A DNA stretch of 64,000 bases from Octopus sinensis (taxonomy: Eukaryota), in the NCBI RefSeq assembly GCF_006345805.1, contig NC_043001.1, positions 3,038,001 to 3,102,000 on the forward strand. The letters are read 5' to 3'. The stretch's first letter is position 1. Each line of letters starts with the position of its first letter. The notes beneath the pieces were generated by a model. It had not been told where the DNA came from, did no database searches, and saw nothing but the letters and a program-made list of their open reading frames with translations. Shown in pieces: positions 1 to 13,878 of the stretch. A program made the translations under genes and the position numbers.

Positions 1-114
1 GGATTTGGTAGACGGAAACTGAAAGAAGCCTGTCGTATATATGTACACTCCCTCTCACCTTGCTCCCTTTCACTCTCACTCTCTTCTCTTGCTCTCACTC
101 ATTCTCGCTCTCTC

Positions 115-590
115 TCACTCCCTCTCTCCTCTGACAAGGGTAACCATGTGCCTGTTGTATAGCAAGGCACCTGTTTCTGTCCCTCTCTTCATATCTCTTC
201 ATACTCTAATCTCTCATCGTCTGGCATAAAGCCGCCTCCTCTATCACCCTCCCCACCCTCATCTCAAATGTTCTTTGTCTTGCAACATACCTGGTGACCT
301 TACCAGTGCTGGTACCACATAAAAAGCACCAAACACATTCTGCAAAGTGGTTGAAATTAAGAAGGGCATGCAACCATAAAACCTTGCTAAAACATATCTC
401 GTTGGAGTTGGTTCCACGTGAAAAGCACCCTGGCTGATGCTGGGATGGGCATCCATCTGTAAAAGCATGCCAAAGCAGCCTGTGGAGCTTGGCACAGTCC
501 TCTGGCTTTCCAAGCTCCTGTCAAACCGTCTAACCCATGCCAGCATGGAAGACAGACGTTAAATAATGAATGATAATGATGATGGTATAT
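115..590 (+). mobile_element. RTE-tail short element (family C), long diverged variant; its upstream part also occurs inverted at about 55420-55620
   Basis: Ends in AACCCATGCCAGCATGGAAGACAGACGTTAAA plus degenerate (GAT)n, like the 3' end of the RTE LINE at 52040-52220; the GGTAACCATGT...TTGTCTTGCAA...GGTGACC segment is shared with 55420-55620. Confidence 0.7.
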
Positions 591-633
591 GCACACACAA
601 ATGCTGATAATGAGCTTCTTTCTGTTTCTATTT

Positions 634-920
634 CATCATCATTATCATCATCGTTTAACGTCCGCTTCTATGCTACCATGGGTTGGACGATTTGACTGAG
701 GACTGGCGAACCAGATGGCTGCACCAGGCTCCAATCTTGATCTGGCAGAGTTTCTACAGCTGGATGCCCTTCCTAACGCCAACCACTCCGAGAGTGTAGT
801 GGGTGCATTTTACACAGGGGCCAGTCAGGCGGTACTGGCAACGACCTCGCTCAAATCTTTTTACACATGCCACCGGCACAGGTGCCAGTAAGGCGACTTT
901 GGTAACGATCACACTCGAAA
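634..920 (-). mobile_element. RTE-tail short element (family C)
   Basis: Reverse complement carries GGCGTTAGGAAGGGCATCCAGCTGTAGAAAC...GGACGTTAAACGATGATG, near-identical to 52070-52220. Confidence 0.85.
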
Positions 921-2546
921 CACAATCTGAAGGTTTGGTTGGCCCAAAGTTATAGCAAAAGACACTTCCCCAAGGTGGGATTGAACTTAAAACATGTTTG
1001 GGAAGCAAGGTTATTTATCACACAGCCACACCAGCATTTACAGGGCATCAGATCAGGAAAAGAGAAAAAAAAACCACTTTCATTTAGCAAATTCTGCCTG
1101 ACCGTTGCAAGCATGGAAAAGTTCCATTGATAGCATCAAATAAAACCAAAACCATTTCAGAACTGCTTCCTGCACTTTCTGAAATAATTAAATTATTATT
1201 TCAGACTTGTACTTTGCTGGGAAGCAAACATTCTCACTATATACACATGCTTGCACCAATGTGTGTGTGTGTGTGCGTGTGTGTGTGTGTGTGCCTGTGT
1301 GTGTCTGTGTGTGTACATATACATACATAGTACTCATGCATATGTATGTATATATTTATATGTGTTTGTATATATATGTATATACACACACACATACACA
1401 CACATAGATATATATATATACATATCTATTTGTGTTAATAAATACACTGTTCTTTTCTTCCTATGCCAAATATTTCCTTAATACTGCATAAATCTCTCTC
1501 TGTAATATTAGCAGCCAGTTATCTTTCATGTCTTCCTTAAATATTACCCTACATAAAGTCATCATTCTCGCAAATTAGTTTCTCCTTTTTTTTTTATTTT
1601 ATTTTAACTTGTTTTCCTTTTCCCCAAATCTTTTATAAATATCAAAAAGAAACCTGATATGACAATGTTTCCATAAGAAATGTCTTCCTTCTTCTCTTTC
1701 TTCACACATGGATATATATCTCTGTAAAATTCCTAATAACACTAGTAATTGGGTAGGAAGCCAAATTATTTAAACCACCTCATTATATTTTGATTATTAA
1801 TGCTTTCTTGTCTTATCATCAACATAACACAGTAATTTAATCAACTCATTGTAAAAGCAGCAAATTGCAAAAGACAGAAAACAATGTTTTCTAAATTTAA
1901 ACTAAATTTTCTTTGACAGTGAAAAGACTGTGATTTAGGTAAACAACATTGTTAATCACAGTTAATCACAAACTCAGTCGAGAGATTTAGAAATAGCTTT
2001 ATTTTTTTTTTGTTTTATTTTCCTTTTCTTTAATACATTATAGTCTTACATCTTTGATACAAAATTCCTTCTCTCTCCCTCTCTCTCTCTCTTCTTTTAT
2101 AGTTCTATGGCTGTATCCATCTATTTATTTTATAATCTTGTCTTTTTCTTGTTCTCTTACGGCTTTGTATTTCTCTCTTTGATTATTTCTTCAAATTTTC
2201 AAGATTTCTATGAGGAGCAGTTCCATTTGATTGTACCATTCTCTTGCAAAGTAACCAACTGCTATGCTGCCATGGTGCTAAAAAAACACTGGCATATGTC
2301 AAAATTGATTTAAAAAGATGGTTAAAAAGGAAAAAAAAATATGTTGTTTCTACTTAGCTTTTCAATTGTATGAGAATAGTCAAAGCTTTGCACTTTTAAA
2401 TCTGAAGAATTATCTTCGATTCTTTTACAAAAGCTTCTTCTTTACCATATTCTATTTACTGATCATTATCATCAATCAAATTGTGGCATTGGTTTGGCCA
2501 TAGCATGAAGGTGGGGTAGCCATCAGCAATTTTGATAAATACATAT

Positions 2547-2930
2547 ATTTATACACACATAAATGCATGTTTACATACATAAATACATGTTTACACACAT
2601 ACATGCATACATACATACATACATACATACATAATTACACACATACATACATACATACATACATACATACATACATACACACACACACATACATACATAT
2701 GTACATATTTACACACACACACATACATACATATGTACATATTTACATACATACATACATACATACATAAGTACATATTTACATACATACATACATACAT
2801 GCATGCATACATACATACATACATGCATGCATGCATGCATGCATGCATGCATACATACGTACATACATACTTGCTTACATGCATGTATGCATGTATATAT
2901 ACACACGTATATATATATATGTATTTATAT
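2547..2930. repeat. Compound (TACA)n/(CA)n/(TGCA)n microsatellite
   Basis: Directly visible tandem repeats; explains the HTYI/MYVC ORFs. Confidence 0.95.
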
Positions 2931-3261
2931 ATATCTTTTACTGTTTCCTTGTTTCAGTCATTAGACTGTGGCCATGCTGGGGCGCAGCCTTAAAAGACTT
3001 TTAGTTGAATGAATCGTCCAGTGTATTCTATTTTTTAAGCCTTGTACCTATTCTAGCCATCACTTTTGCCAAATTGCTAAGTTACTGGGAGGCAAACACA
3101 CCAACACCAGTTGTCAAGTTGTTTTGGTGTTGTGGGGGACAAACACAGACCTAAAGACCATCATTTACAGCTGAATTTCATGTAATTATTGTCCAATAAC
3201 AATTGCATCAGTTATTTCTTTTCATAGCGTACATACATTCTCATTCTCATTCTCATTCTCG

Positions 3262-3517
3262 CTCACAACATCATAAGCGGAAAGTGTAACCTCTCGAAAG
3301 AGCTGTTCTTCACTTTCTCCGTCCGGGTTGCGGATCCGTGGAACAAGCTGCCAGATGAGATGGTGAAGATGCCGACGACCGCTTTGTTCAAAGTCTCCCT
3401 TGACCTCAAGTGGCCTGAATTCTTTACATGAACACCACCCTGTACTTAACTCCATGTCCCCCTACATGGCCTTGCTATTTGCTTTTGAGCCAAAAATTAA
3501 CTAACTAACTAACTAAC
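3262..3517 (+). mobile_element. CR1-like LINE 3' end with (TAAC)n tail
   Basis: Translates FFTFSVRVADPWNKLPDEMVKMPTTALFKVSLDLKW, matching the CR1 ORF2 C-terminal pattern (FFS.RVV..WN.LP..VV.A.S...FK..LD); followed by a short UTR and a TAAC tandem tail at about 3497-3517. Confidence 0.7.
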
Positions 3518-3581
3518 ATATGTGCATATAAATGTATATACCTATACTTGTGTGTGAGTGTGTGAAAGAGAGGGAGAGAAG

Positions 3582-3880
3582 ACATGTGGGTTAATGGTTA
3601 GCATGTTGCACACAAAATTACTAGACCATTGGTTCGATTCCCAGGTGGTGTGCTGTGTTCTTGAGCAAAACGCTTCATCTCACATTGCACCACTCCATTC
3701 TGCTATAAATTGGTAACCCTGTGACAGAATAGCCTTCTGATCAGGGTGCGGGGTGGTATTGGTCTGCTTGCCTACCCAGTAGTTTGGCATCATTCAAAAG
3801 CTAAGACCCTGTGAAGTGCATAGTGACCAGTGATGTATAACAACATCCAATAGTCTTGTCGATTGCAAGATACTGTGATA
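3582..3880 (+). mobile_element. Diverged tRNA-headed SINE (family D)
   Basis: A-box-like GGGTTAATGGTTAG, B-box GGTTCGATTCCC, then GTGTTCTTGAGCAAAACGCTTCATCTCACATTG, a typical post-tRNA SINE body. Confidence 0.55.
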
Positions 3881-4740
3881 CGATCTTTGTATTTTATGTG
3901 GCAGACGTCTACCAGTGTGCTCAAAAAAAGATTCTATGCCACATGTGGCTGGCTACCATATTATTCCCAACATGACAAGTTAACTGCATGGGATCATTAC
4001 GTGTGCAGCGCTCCATGAAGCATAGGATAAATGAATCAATAATGAAGAATACCTCATGGATGGAGACTTTATATTGTTATTAATGTTTTGCTACATGTGT
4101 TCCTGCATGACATGCATTTTAATGGGACCACCTCACCATATCCATAGGCTATTATTAAATATTATTCATATATCCATGGACTCTTTGGGAGTCCATGAAT
4201 TTGACATGCATAATTCTTCAAGCCATTTTTGCTTCTGTTTCAGTCAGATTTCTTTGTTGCTTAGACTTCAGGATATTAATCATTGTCTGCTAATGAAAAG
4301 GTTCTGTTGATTTAATGAGGTGCTTGTGAATTCTTACAAACTACCAGAAAGATGGATGCATTGGAGGAGGTAAGAACCTTGGGAAGAATAGTTTTGTTCA
4401 TTGTTTATATCGCAATGCAGGTGGACATGGAATCTGGGAAAGAGAAAGAGAAAAGGGGAAAAAGAAGAGGCAGGAGATGAAATTGTGGGTTGTATTCGGT
4501 GAAATATGCAGAGAGAGAGAGAGAGAGAAGGACAGAAAGAACAAAAGAATAACAGGAGGAGGGGATGCAAGTAAGAAAATATCAAAAGAAAAAGAAAAAG
4601 AGATAGAATGTACTAAGGATGTGACATATTTAGTTGTCATGGGAATATATATATTTATGTGTGTCTGTGTGTGGGTGGATCTATGTGTAAATACTTGTAT
4701 GTGTGTCTGTGTATATATATATATGTATACACACACACAC

Positions 4741-4773
<33 letters not shown>

Positions 4774-5672
4774 ATCCTTGTCATCACCAGCATCGTTTAA
4801 CATCCACCTTCCATGCTAGCATGGGTGGGATGCACACACACATATATAAACATATGTGTGTGTGTGTGTGTGTGTGTTCATCTCTCTCTCTCTCTATTGT
4901 GGCATAAGTTTGGTAAATTGCCTTAAGAATCAGCTTGGAATCAAAGAAAACCTTTTTCTCTTAGTGATTACAGGGAAGAATAAATCTTACACAGAAGGAA
5001 ATCAATCGCATCTGATCTACTTCATAGTAATGTAAAGTGACTGATGTAGCACAAAGGTCCCATTTTAGCAGAATTAACAAGAAACATGTAGGCATTTGGG
5101 GGACATGTAGTGTACTGGTTATAAAATCGGTTTATTTGACCCAAAGGTAATTTCCTTTTGAATGGTGGACAGGTTTGTTAATATTATAGCAAAGAAGGCC
5201 AGACAAACCGTTTCAAGTATGCAAGTCTTTTGAACATCAAATGCTCAGATTAATTAATTAGAATTGTGCATACATTTCTTGTTTCCATACAGAAAACTTG
5301 CATTTCAGCAAAAGTACCGTGATTTCTCTTAAAGTACACAAGCTGTCACCGAGCACAGACACACTGAGAAATTTCTTTGGTGTCAGTCATGAAAGGAGGA
5401 TGAAAGGAGAAGACAGTTTCTCAGTGAATGCTTGGAAGTATGGGCAAGCATGACTGTGTGGTAACAAAGCTGCTTCCCAACCAGAGGGATTCAGGTTCAG
5501 TTCTACTGCTCTTCAACAACATGGATAAGTGGCTTCTATATTAGCCTCAGGGGCCAACCAAAAGCCTTATAAGGGGATTTAGTAGATAAAAACTGATAGT
5601 CTCTTATATATACATAAACACACACACACATGTATATATCTCTCTCTCTCTATGTATATATATATGTATATT

Positions 5673-5900
5673 TTTTTCTTTACTACCCACAAGGGGCTAA
5701 ACACAGAGGGGACAAACAAGGACAGACGAAGGGATTAAGTCTCTTACATCGACCCCAGTGTGTAACTGGTACTTAATTTATCGACCCTGAAAGGATGAAA
5801 GGCAAAGTCAACCTCGGCGGAATTTGAACACGGAACGTAACAATAGATGAAATACTGCTAAGCATTTCGCCCAGTGTGCTAATGTTTCTGGCAGCTCGCC
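5673..5900 (-). mobile_element. tRNA-headed SINE family A, tail type 1
   Basis: Reverse complement matches the copies at 35563-35790 and 56750-56981. Confidence 0.85.
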
Positions 5901-6509
5901 ATATATATGATATATATGCACATATATATCATACATGTGTATATATCATATATACATATATAATATATTATATAATATCTATCTATATGTGTGTGTGTTG
6001 GTCATTGTTATAAATGTCGTAGAAAACTTGTTAATAAAAAAGTCTGGGATGTGAATAAATTTCCCCACCTCTTGACTTTCAATTATATATATATATATAC
6101 ACACATACACACATTCAATTAGAGGTTAAAATAGCCTCGTTAAGGGAAAATAATATTCAATGAATTATTGGTTTATTACCTAATACTTTTTTTGTGAATA
6201 ATAATATTCATAAAATGATAGGTCTAAATATAAATCTTGGTTTATAAATATTGAAAAAATTTAAGAAATTGGAGATAAAGCATTAATATAATTTATTATC
6301 AGCAAAAATCCAACATATTCTCTTTGTTTCAATTAAGCCTAAAAGATTAAAATAACAGTAATTAAATCAATGGCTTAATCATGTAATGTGGACGGATGTA
6401 GACAATCTCATAACGAAGTGCCAATTATTTAAAGTGGATGGAAGAGAGAGACCCAGAAAAATTTGGGATAATATATATATAGCATAATATAATATAATAT
6501 AATATAATA

Positions 6510-6558
<49 letters not shown>

Positions 6559-6899
6559 CCAGCGTGGCTGCCTTATAATGACTGAGACAAGTAGAAAATA
6601 AAAGATATATATATTCATCATCATCATCAACATTTAATGTCTGTTTTACATGCTGGCATGGGTTGGATGATGGTTTGACCAGAGCTGGCATCAAGGAGAC
6701 CTACACCAGGCTCCAATCTGATCTGGCTTGAGTTTCTATGACTGGATGCCCTTCCTAATGCCAACCACCTTAGAGAGTATACTGGGTGCTTTCTATGTGG
6801 CAGCAGCAGCATGGGTGCTTTTACATGGCACAGGTAAAGGAGCTTTTTACCTGGTGCCAATATGACACCTTTTACGTGGCACCAGCACAGCTGCTTTTA

Positions 6900-7500
6900 C
6901 AAGCCGATCCCCTTCAGTCTTAACAGCTCTGCTGTGGAAGATGGATCTTCTTGAGTAAAGCAAAGCCCCAGATATCTTGGCCCTTTGTTATCTCATCTGA
7001 AAGGTACAGCATTCTCAGATCGTCCTTCAGTACTTCATCCCAAATCTTCCCAGGTCTCCCCACTTCCATTCCCCTTGAATGATTGGCACTTCATTATGGG
7101 ATTGTCTACATCCATCCCCATTACAGGACTAAGCCAGTCTAGTTTCCTCTCTTGCACATTGCATCTCATTCCTCTGAAGCCTAACTTCTCTCTCAATACA
7201 CTAACACTCTGCTACACATGTACGCTGACAATACAAATCCAGCATAGCATACTATCTTCGTCCCTCTCTAGCCTTTGCATGTCCTCTGCATTCAGGGCCC
7301 ATGTCTTACTATCATTTAGATTTACTGTTCATATGCATGCATCATACAAAAGAGAGAAACTTTCGGTTGCCAACAGCAGTAAAATCTCCCTCAATTTTCT
7401 CCATCCTTTTCTTATTCTGCCGATTACACTTTCTGTACAGCTTCCCTCCCCCGCTACTGATTTAGTCCCCTGGGTAGCAGAAATTATTCACAACCTCTAA
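6900..7500 (-). pseudogene. Old degenerate RTE LINE 3' ORF fragment, same family as 49987-51129
   Basis: Minus strand reads EVVNNF...CTESVIGRIRKGWRKLREILLLL...LYDACI...SKTWALNAEDMQRLER, colinear with 50545-51100 but with stops and frameshifts. Confidence 0.8.
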
Positions 7501-7649
7501 TGAGCCCCCAGGGCATTTGAGAAAATCAGGTTCCTATAGTTTCATGTACTGATAAAATCAGGTTCCTGTACTTTCTATGGCTCCTGTGCACCTTCTGCAT
7601 ACAAACAGAATGAAATAGGAGCTATAGAGAGGATGAAGGACACCATCTT

Positions 7650-9060
7650 CTGTCATCTACTTGAGAGATGAAGAAATACAAAATGGTTTGATGTCTATCT
7701 GCATCATCTCTTTCTACAATGAAGGAACTGAATTCATCGTTAATTTTTCTTGTAATTTCTTGTGGTTACATTCAAAATTTGGGATTTTATAAGTGAAACC
7801 TTGCAGACCTTCCGCTGCATGTGCCAAGATTTTAACAACATTCTTTAAGGAAAGGTTTTGCAATTTCCTTGTCCTTATACATTTTCTCAACTGATTCTTG
7901 TTCAAACAGCATCAGTTCTTTGTTAGAAAAAACTTTCTCTACAAGACACTAGTATCTCAACCATATCATCTGTAACTTCTTTAAACTCAACATCATTTGC
8001 AAATATCACAATAACTTCCTGAATTTGAGGTAAACCTGTTGCCATAGTTACCCATTGGCCATGTATTTTCCCAAGCACTTTTCAAAGGTGTTTCACTTCA
8101 TCTCATGATACAGCTGTGCTAGCCAAAGAATCCATTCTTCTAGAAATCCTTTACTAAAATGTTTTTCTCCTTGTCAAATGCCTTCATACATTTGAAGTTC
8201 TCAGATAATATGCCTTGAAGTTAGCCATTAAAGTAATGTCATGAGAACATATTCTACTATCTAAAAGCTCATTGAAGTTCACTGGGCAGCTTGAGGCATT
8301 GTCTAAAAGGAGCAATGCTTTGTGGAATATTTTGTGTTGCACTTTATCTTTCTACAGCAGGAGAAAAGAGAGTTTGCAAACAACTCTTTGAAAAAACTTT
8401 TAGTTACTCCTTTTTATTTGAAGGTAGATTCAGCTCTGCATAACTTTTGAAAACCCTTGAGCTTTCAAAGTGATACATAAGTAGGGTTTTAATTTCCTAT
8501 CATCCTGAACATTTCCACCCAGGAGAATCATCAAAAGACTTTTGGAAACTTTAAAATCCTGATTTTCCTCCCCAATACAGTTACGATGTCATCTTATACT
8601 TGCTCCTGTGTATAGCCATCTTTAGCAATCATTTTAATTTTCAACTGCTCAGTATAATTACTAGCAGCAATTTGTGTCAGAACTGTCAAATTATCATATA
8701 ATTTTTTTGTTATTTTTTAAAACTCCAGTTTGATTGTCAATTCATACTCCTGAAAGCCATCCCATTTTAAGCATCACATTAAATCTATGATTAAAAATAC
8801 GCCCACTGAACAGGTATGAGATAAACTTCTTCAGCACTTAGCATAATTTTCTCTTTATTGTCAAATATTGTTCTCACTGCAGACATTACAAGCTTGAATG
8901 TTCTTCATAATGTTGCTGATGCTTTCTTTTCCATGAAGCCTTTTAAAACATCAAGTTTAATATCCAGTGTAACGCTTTTGTGGTTCCTCTTCACACTGTT
9001 ATCTTCACTTCCAGTTGATAGCTTCCCTTCAGTCATCTTGAGTTGTAGTTAAATCCAACA
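7650..9060 (-). pseudogene. Decayed Tigger/pogo-type transposase
   Basis: Minus-strand pieces MTEGK...KRNHKSVTLDIKLDVLK (ATG at 9036), VMSAVRTIFDNKEKI (CENP-B-like HTH), KALLLLDNASSCP (8281-8321) and ANFKAYYLRT (about 8200-8228) match Tigger motifs LLLLDNAPGHP and FKAYYLR; many stops and frameshifts; no TIRs found. Confidence 0.75.
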
Positions 9061-11204
9061 GTGGCAGCCACCTACAATTATCTCTAAATATGTAATAAAG
9101 GAAAAAAAGCACAAGAAATGAAGTGCTATGTGAGAGCAAAAATTTGTGATTATATTTCTATGGATATTAAGAAGGGAAAGAAGAAGAAATGTGAGAGAAG
9201 TGGGGGATGTACTGAGTGATTACAGTTAGTTCATGGGCACTTTGCACCTTGCATCTTGGAAATGAACCATAAAACCATTACATTTTATCTACTCACACAT
9301 ACATACACATACACATGCACACTGCTGTAATGACATACAGCATATGTAGCTACAGACATTGCTAACATGCTTACACTATTATTTGTTTACTGCCAGCTAG
9401 TTAATAAAAAGTTGGTGGTTTAGTAGAGGTAGTGGTATTGATTGTATTGTCTTTGTTGTTGACGATGGCGGGTGGTATAATTGGCAGTGGTGGTGGTTAT
9501 TTCATTAATTGTATTATTGTTCCTGTTAAATTTCAATCCTTATTCACTGAAGAGCAAAGATCTTGCATTCAAATTTTAAAATAAACTAGGGTACCACATT
9601 TTCTCATGTAACTGCATTTTGATGATTGCAGTTGCTTATCTTATCCATGGCATTATTGTTGTTGTTGTTTGTGGTAGAAATTATGGTGAATGTGGTTGTT
9701 GTATTGGTTTTGCTGTTGGTAGTTGTTGTGCTGATGTTGATGATGATGATGATGATAAACTGATCAGCAGATAAATAAATAGACAATAGATTGGTAGGTA
9801 AATAAACATAGATTTTATAGATAGGGAAGTGGCCAGGTAAATACTGATTGTGACCCAACACTTACAGAAGCAAACACAAATATTCACTGAAAGATTCCAT
9901 TTCAGACTCTCTAAGAGTGCATACACATGCAATGCACACACATGCACGTGCAAACACACACATACACATGCACACACATGCATGTGCACACACACATTCA
10001 CACACACATGCACATGCATACACCCATACACACACATACACATGCACACACACACACACATATACACATCGACAATGTGCATGTCATTGATTGCCATTAT
10101 TCTGAGTAAGCATTTGTAGCCATGAGAAAATTATTGCTTTACTTGGAAACAGTTGTGCATTGGTGACAAGAAGAGCCTCTGACCATAGAAAATCTGCTTC
10201 AATAGAACTTTGTCCAACCCATGCCAACATGAAAATGTGGACGTTAAAATGATGATGAGGACGAGCAATTGTTTATTTTGAGGTTTTCATCTTTAAAAGA
10301 GACTTCTCAAAGCCAAAATAGTTACATTTCAATTTTGATGCAAGGCCTGCAATTTTGGGGATGTGAAGGGATACATTGATTACAATCGACCCCAGCGCCC
10401 AACAAATGTTTATTTTATCAATCTCAAAAGGATAAAAGACAAAGCTGGCCTCAGCAGAATTTGAACCCACAACACAAAGCCATGCAAAATGCTACTAAGG
10501 ATTTCACCCTTCATGCTAACCATTCTACCTTAGTCTCTATTTTTGATATTATTTCCTCTCTACAAATAAACAATATTCGAATCCTTCCCTCTCAGCATGT
10601 TTAATGAATAATCTCTGAAAACCCATAAAACAAACATTTATTGTAGATGTTTTCTCAATATTTATTTATCAGGGACGTTTCCTTTGGCAAGATCTCTCAT
10701 TTATCCTCATCAATATGGCATATATTAATATTCCTTTCATTACAATTTAGATGGGTCATTAAGAAGAATTCTTTGAATTTTATGTCAACCATAAATGAAT
10801 ATCATATTCTTATTTAAATTATTGCTATCTTAATCTTTTTGATGCCAACCCACCCGTGACAACCCCAGCTTATCAGATACAATCTTTGTTTTAAAGTAAT
10901 CTAAATTAAAACCTTTCGTTAAACTCTCATGTTAATTCATATTCCAAACATCAGTTTAATAATGACAGTTATTTTATGAAATTCATCATTATTTTTGGAA
11001 TTAATTAAAACAGCAACAGCGTATTACAGCAGCAATCGGATAACAACAGAGTGAAGCCATTATACATATTTCCATCTTGCAAATCTTTTATCTTTTTATC
11101 TACGTAACATTTATCTTGTACTTGCTTCACTCATTGGATTGCGGCCATGCAGGAGCAATGCCTCGAAAGAATTTAGTTGAATAACACAACCCCAGTACTC
11201 TTTT

Positions 11205-11590
11205 ACTCTTTTACTTGTTTCAGTCATTTGACTGCGGCCATGCTGGAGCACCGCCTTTAATCAAGCAGCTCGACCCCGGGACTTATTCTTTTTGTAAGCC
11301 CAGTACTTATTCTATCGGTCTCTTTTGCCGAACCACTAAGTAACAGGGACATAAACACACCAGCATCGGTTGTCAAGCAATGCTAGGGGGACAAACACAG
11401 ACACACAAACACACACACGCATATATATATATATATATACATATATACGACGGGCTTCTTTCAGTTTCCGTCTACCAAAACCACTCACAAGGCTTTTGTC
11501 AGCCCGAGGCTATAGCAGAAGACACTTGCCCAAGGTGCCATGCAGTGGGACTGAACCCGGAACCATGTGGTTGGTTAACAAGCTACTTAC
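11205..11590 (-). mobile_element. tRNA-headed SINE family B, near full length
   Basis: Reverse complement: GTAAGTAGCTTGTTAACCAACCACATGGTTCCGGGTTCAGTCCC head, core GTGAGTGGTTTTGGTAGACGGAAACTGAAAGAAGCCCGTCG, internal TA/TG tract, tail CCAGCATGGCCGCAGTCAAATGACTGAAACAAGTAAAAGAG; about 20 further whole or partial copies in the window. Confidence 0.85.
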
Positions 11591-11908
11591 CACTATAGCT
11601 TGGTGCTTATTCTATCATTCTCTTTTACTGGACTGCTAAGTTAGGGGACATAAACACAACACCAATCGTTAAACAAACACACAAAGACAATGACACACAC
11701 ACACACACACACACATGACGGACCTCTCGGTTTTCATCTACCAAATCGACTCACAAGGCTTCACTCATCCTGAGGCCATATTAGAAGATACTTGGCCAAG
11801 GTGCCATGCAGGGGGACTGAATCTGGAACCATGTGGTTGGGGAGCAAATTTCTTGCCACACAATCACAGCTGGGCCTATATGTGCAGAGAGAAACAAACT
11901 ACACTTAC

Positions 11909-12137
11909 CTGATTCCTTATACAGTAAAGGCATGCCACCTCCGGGTGAAGGTGTTGGGATCACATGCATAAAGGCATGGTTGCACTTCCTGGTGGGGGTA
12001 GGTGGCTCATCGAGTACTTCTCAGCAAAGTACTTCATGTCATGTGACTTCAGTATCCTCAGCAATGAACAAGTGCTGACCTGGCACTGGTGAAACTCCCT
12101 TTTCTTCCCAATATTCTTATTCTCTATATCCCACAAG
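11909..12137 (-). other. Candidate spliced exon, coding status unresolved
   Basis: Acceptor TTTGGTCCTTCCACCCTTCAG and donor CAG|GTAAGT in unique sequence; all three frames contain a stop. Confidence 0.2.
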
Positions 12138-13733
12138 CTGAAGGGTGGAAGGACCAAACGTATGTCTGCTTCTGACTTTACAGACACCGAAGACAATTAT
12201 CAAAAGCAGTGACAATGATTTTAATCCTTTTCAAATATGTTTGGGTACTCATATATACATTTGTTTTTCTTTAGCCCCAGATCAGCTTTGATTTAGCTGG
12301 TGCATGTTTATAGACATTCCAGTAGTGACCACCCCCATGTTGTACATCATAGATTACATTATGGAATGTATAATCCTTTATCAAAGATGATAGTGTGCAA
12401 TATGAAGGAAATTTTGCTGCTCTTTCTTGTAAGTCAAATGACTGTTTCAAGGTTCTACCATTGAGTTCTGGGACATATATTTATAAAGGTTAAGAGAAAT
12501 TGTACAGTGTGATATCTTCATAAATTTCTAGAAACCTATTAGAATTCTAAAGGTCAGGAATATGTAACCCTTTAGCAGTTAAACCGGCTTGATTTGGCCT
12601 CTTGGACTTACTCTACAATGTCATTCTAAACACAGACCGTTGCAGCCTTGAAATCTTGACCCTTCAAGATAAAGCATAATGAATTCAGAATTATGTGAAT
12701 AAATAAGAGGATCACATTTGAAAGAGTCAGAAAGAGTCAGAACGGTTAAAGAGCAGAATATTTCATGTCTTGACATTTCTGAGAGTAAATTTTTACTTAA
12801 AGATTATATCTTGAATGTTTCTACTTCCATATGGTTCTTTCTAATGTCCATTCCATTATGAGATCCACTTAAAGTTGAATTGAGCAGAGTATGTAGAATC
12901 AACGACCGAATTGTAGAAACCTGGAAACTTTGGGAATCACCTTTAAACCAAAATCACTGAAGAATGTTTCTAATTCTAAAAGTTCTTTGTCTGAAATATA
13001 AATGGTTATATGAATATTTTCTTAGTTCCAGTTGTAAATTTTCACAATGTTTTTCTAGTGTTAACTAAACAAAAGTGTGAAGACATATTTTAATATTTCT
13101 TCATGTCAGTGTTATATATAATGCAAACTACATTCACGTTTTCTATGTTCCACCAGATTTCAAGAAAATAAAGAAAAAAAAGCTAAGAAAAATTATTTGT
13201 TTCAAACTTGCTGCTTGTAAATTTGAAAATTGCTTCAATCTTCCATTCTCTGCAGAAAATTATGGAAAATTAGTAGTTGGTTGCTTAGAATTCTCATTTC
13301 TGTTCTCCATGAATTATATATATATATATATTCTTTGATAGAAATATTATCCTTGTCTTTGCAGAACATAGCAATCTATTTTTCCTCTGTTTACATAACC
13401 GAAACAAATCTACATCTAATATTTTGCAATTGAAGCTTCCATGCTAGGAATGGTGCATCCAGACATGAAGCACATATTCTAAAAGATCAAAGCCATTTCT
13501 TTGCAGAAACAGTCCAACCTCTTGTAACTTTGGTAAATGCAGGAGGCTATTAAACTTCTTTAACATCCATATGGAATACTTTCATAATATTACTGGCAGT
13601 CTATACTTTTCGAATTGTTTTTATCCATTGTAAAGTTACAGTTCTGTATTTTGATACAGTAAAATAGTAAAATATAGTCTACAGCAAAACTGGTTGCCAC
13701 ATCGAAGTGGTTGTTGTTGATTGCTGCTACTAG

Positions 13734-13878
13734 TTTAACCCCAGGTAGATTCTCCACCAGCTGGTTATCAGTGCAACCCTTTATATACGATATATTGCCA
13801 GCAGGGGGAGGTAACTCATACTACCCCTAGTTTCAAGCTATTTGGTTCATCTTCAGTTGCGAATACCTGCATGATAAT
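13734..13878 (-). repeat. Dispersed repeat, copy 1 of a direct pair, with a truncated hammerhead core
   Basis: Similar to 14300-14482; minus strand has CTGAAGATGAACCAAATAGCTTGAAAC but lacks the helix III segment. Confidence 0.7.
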
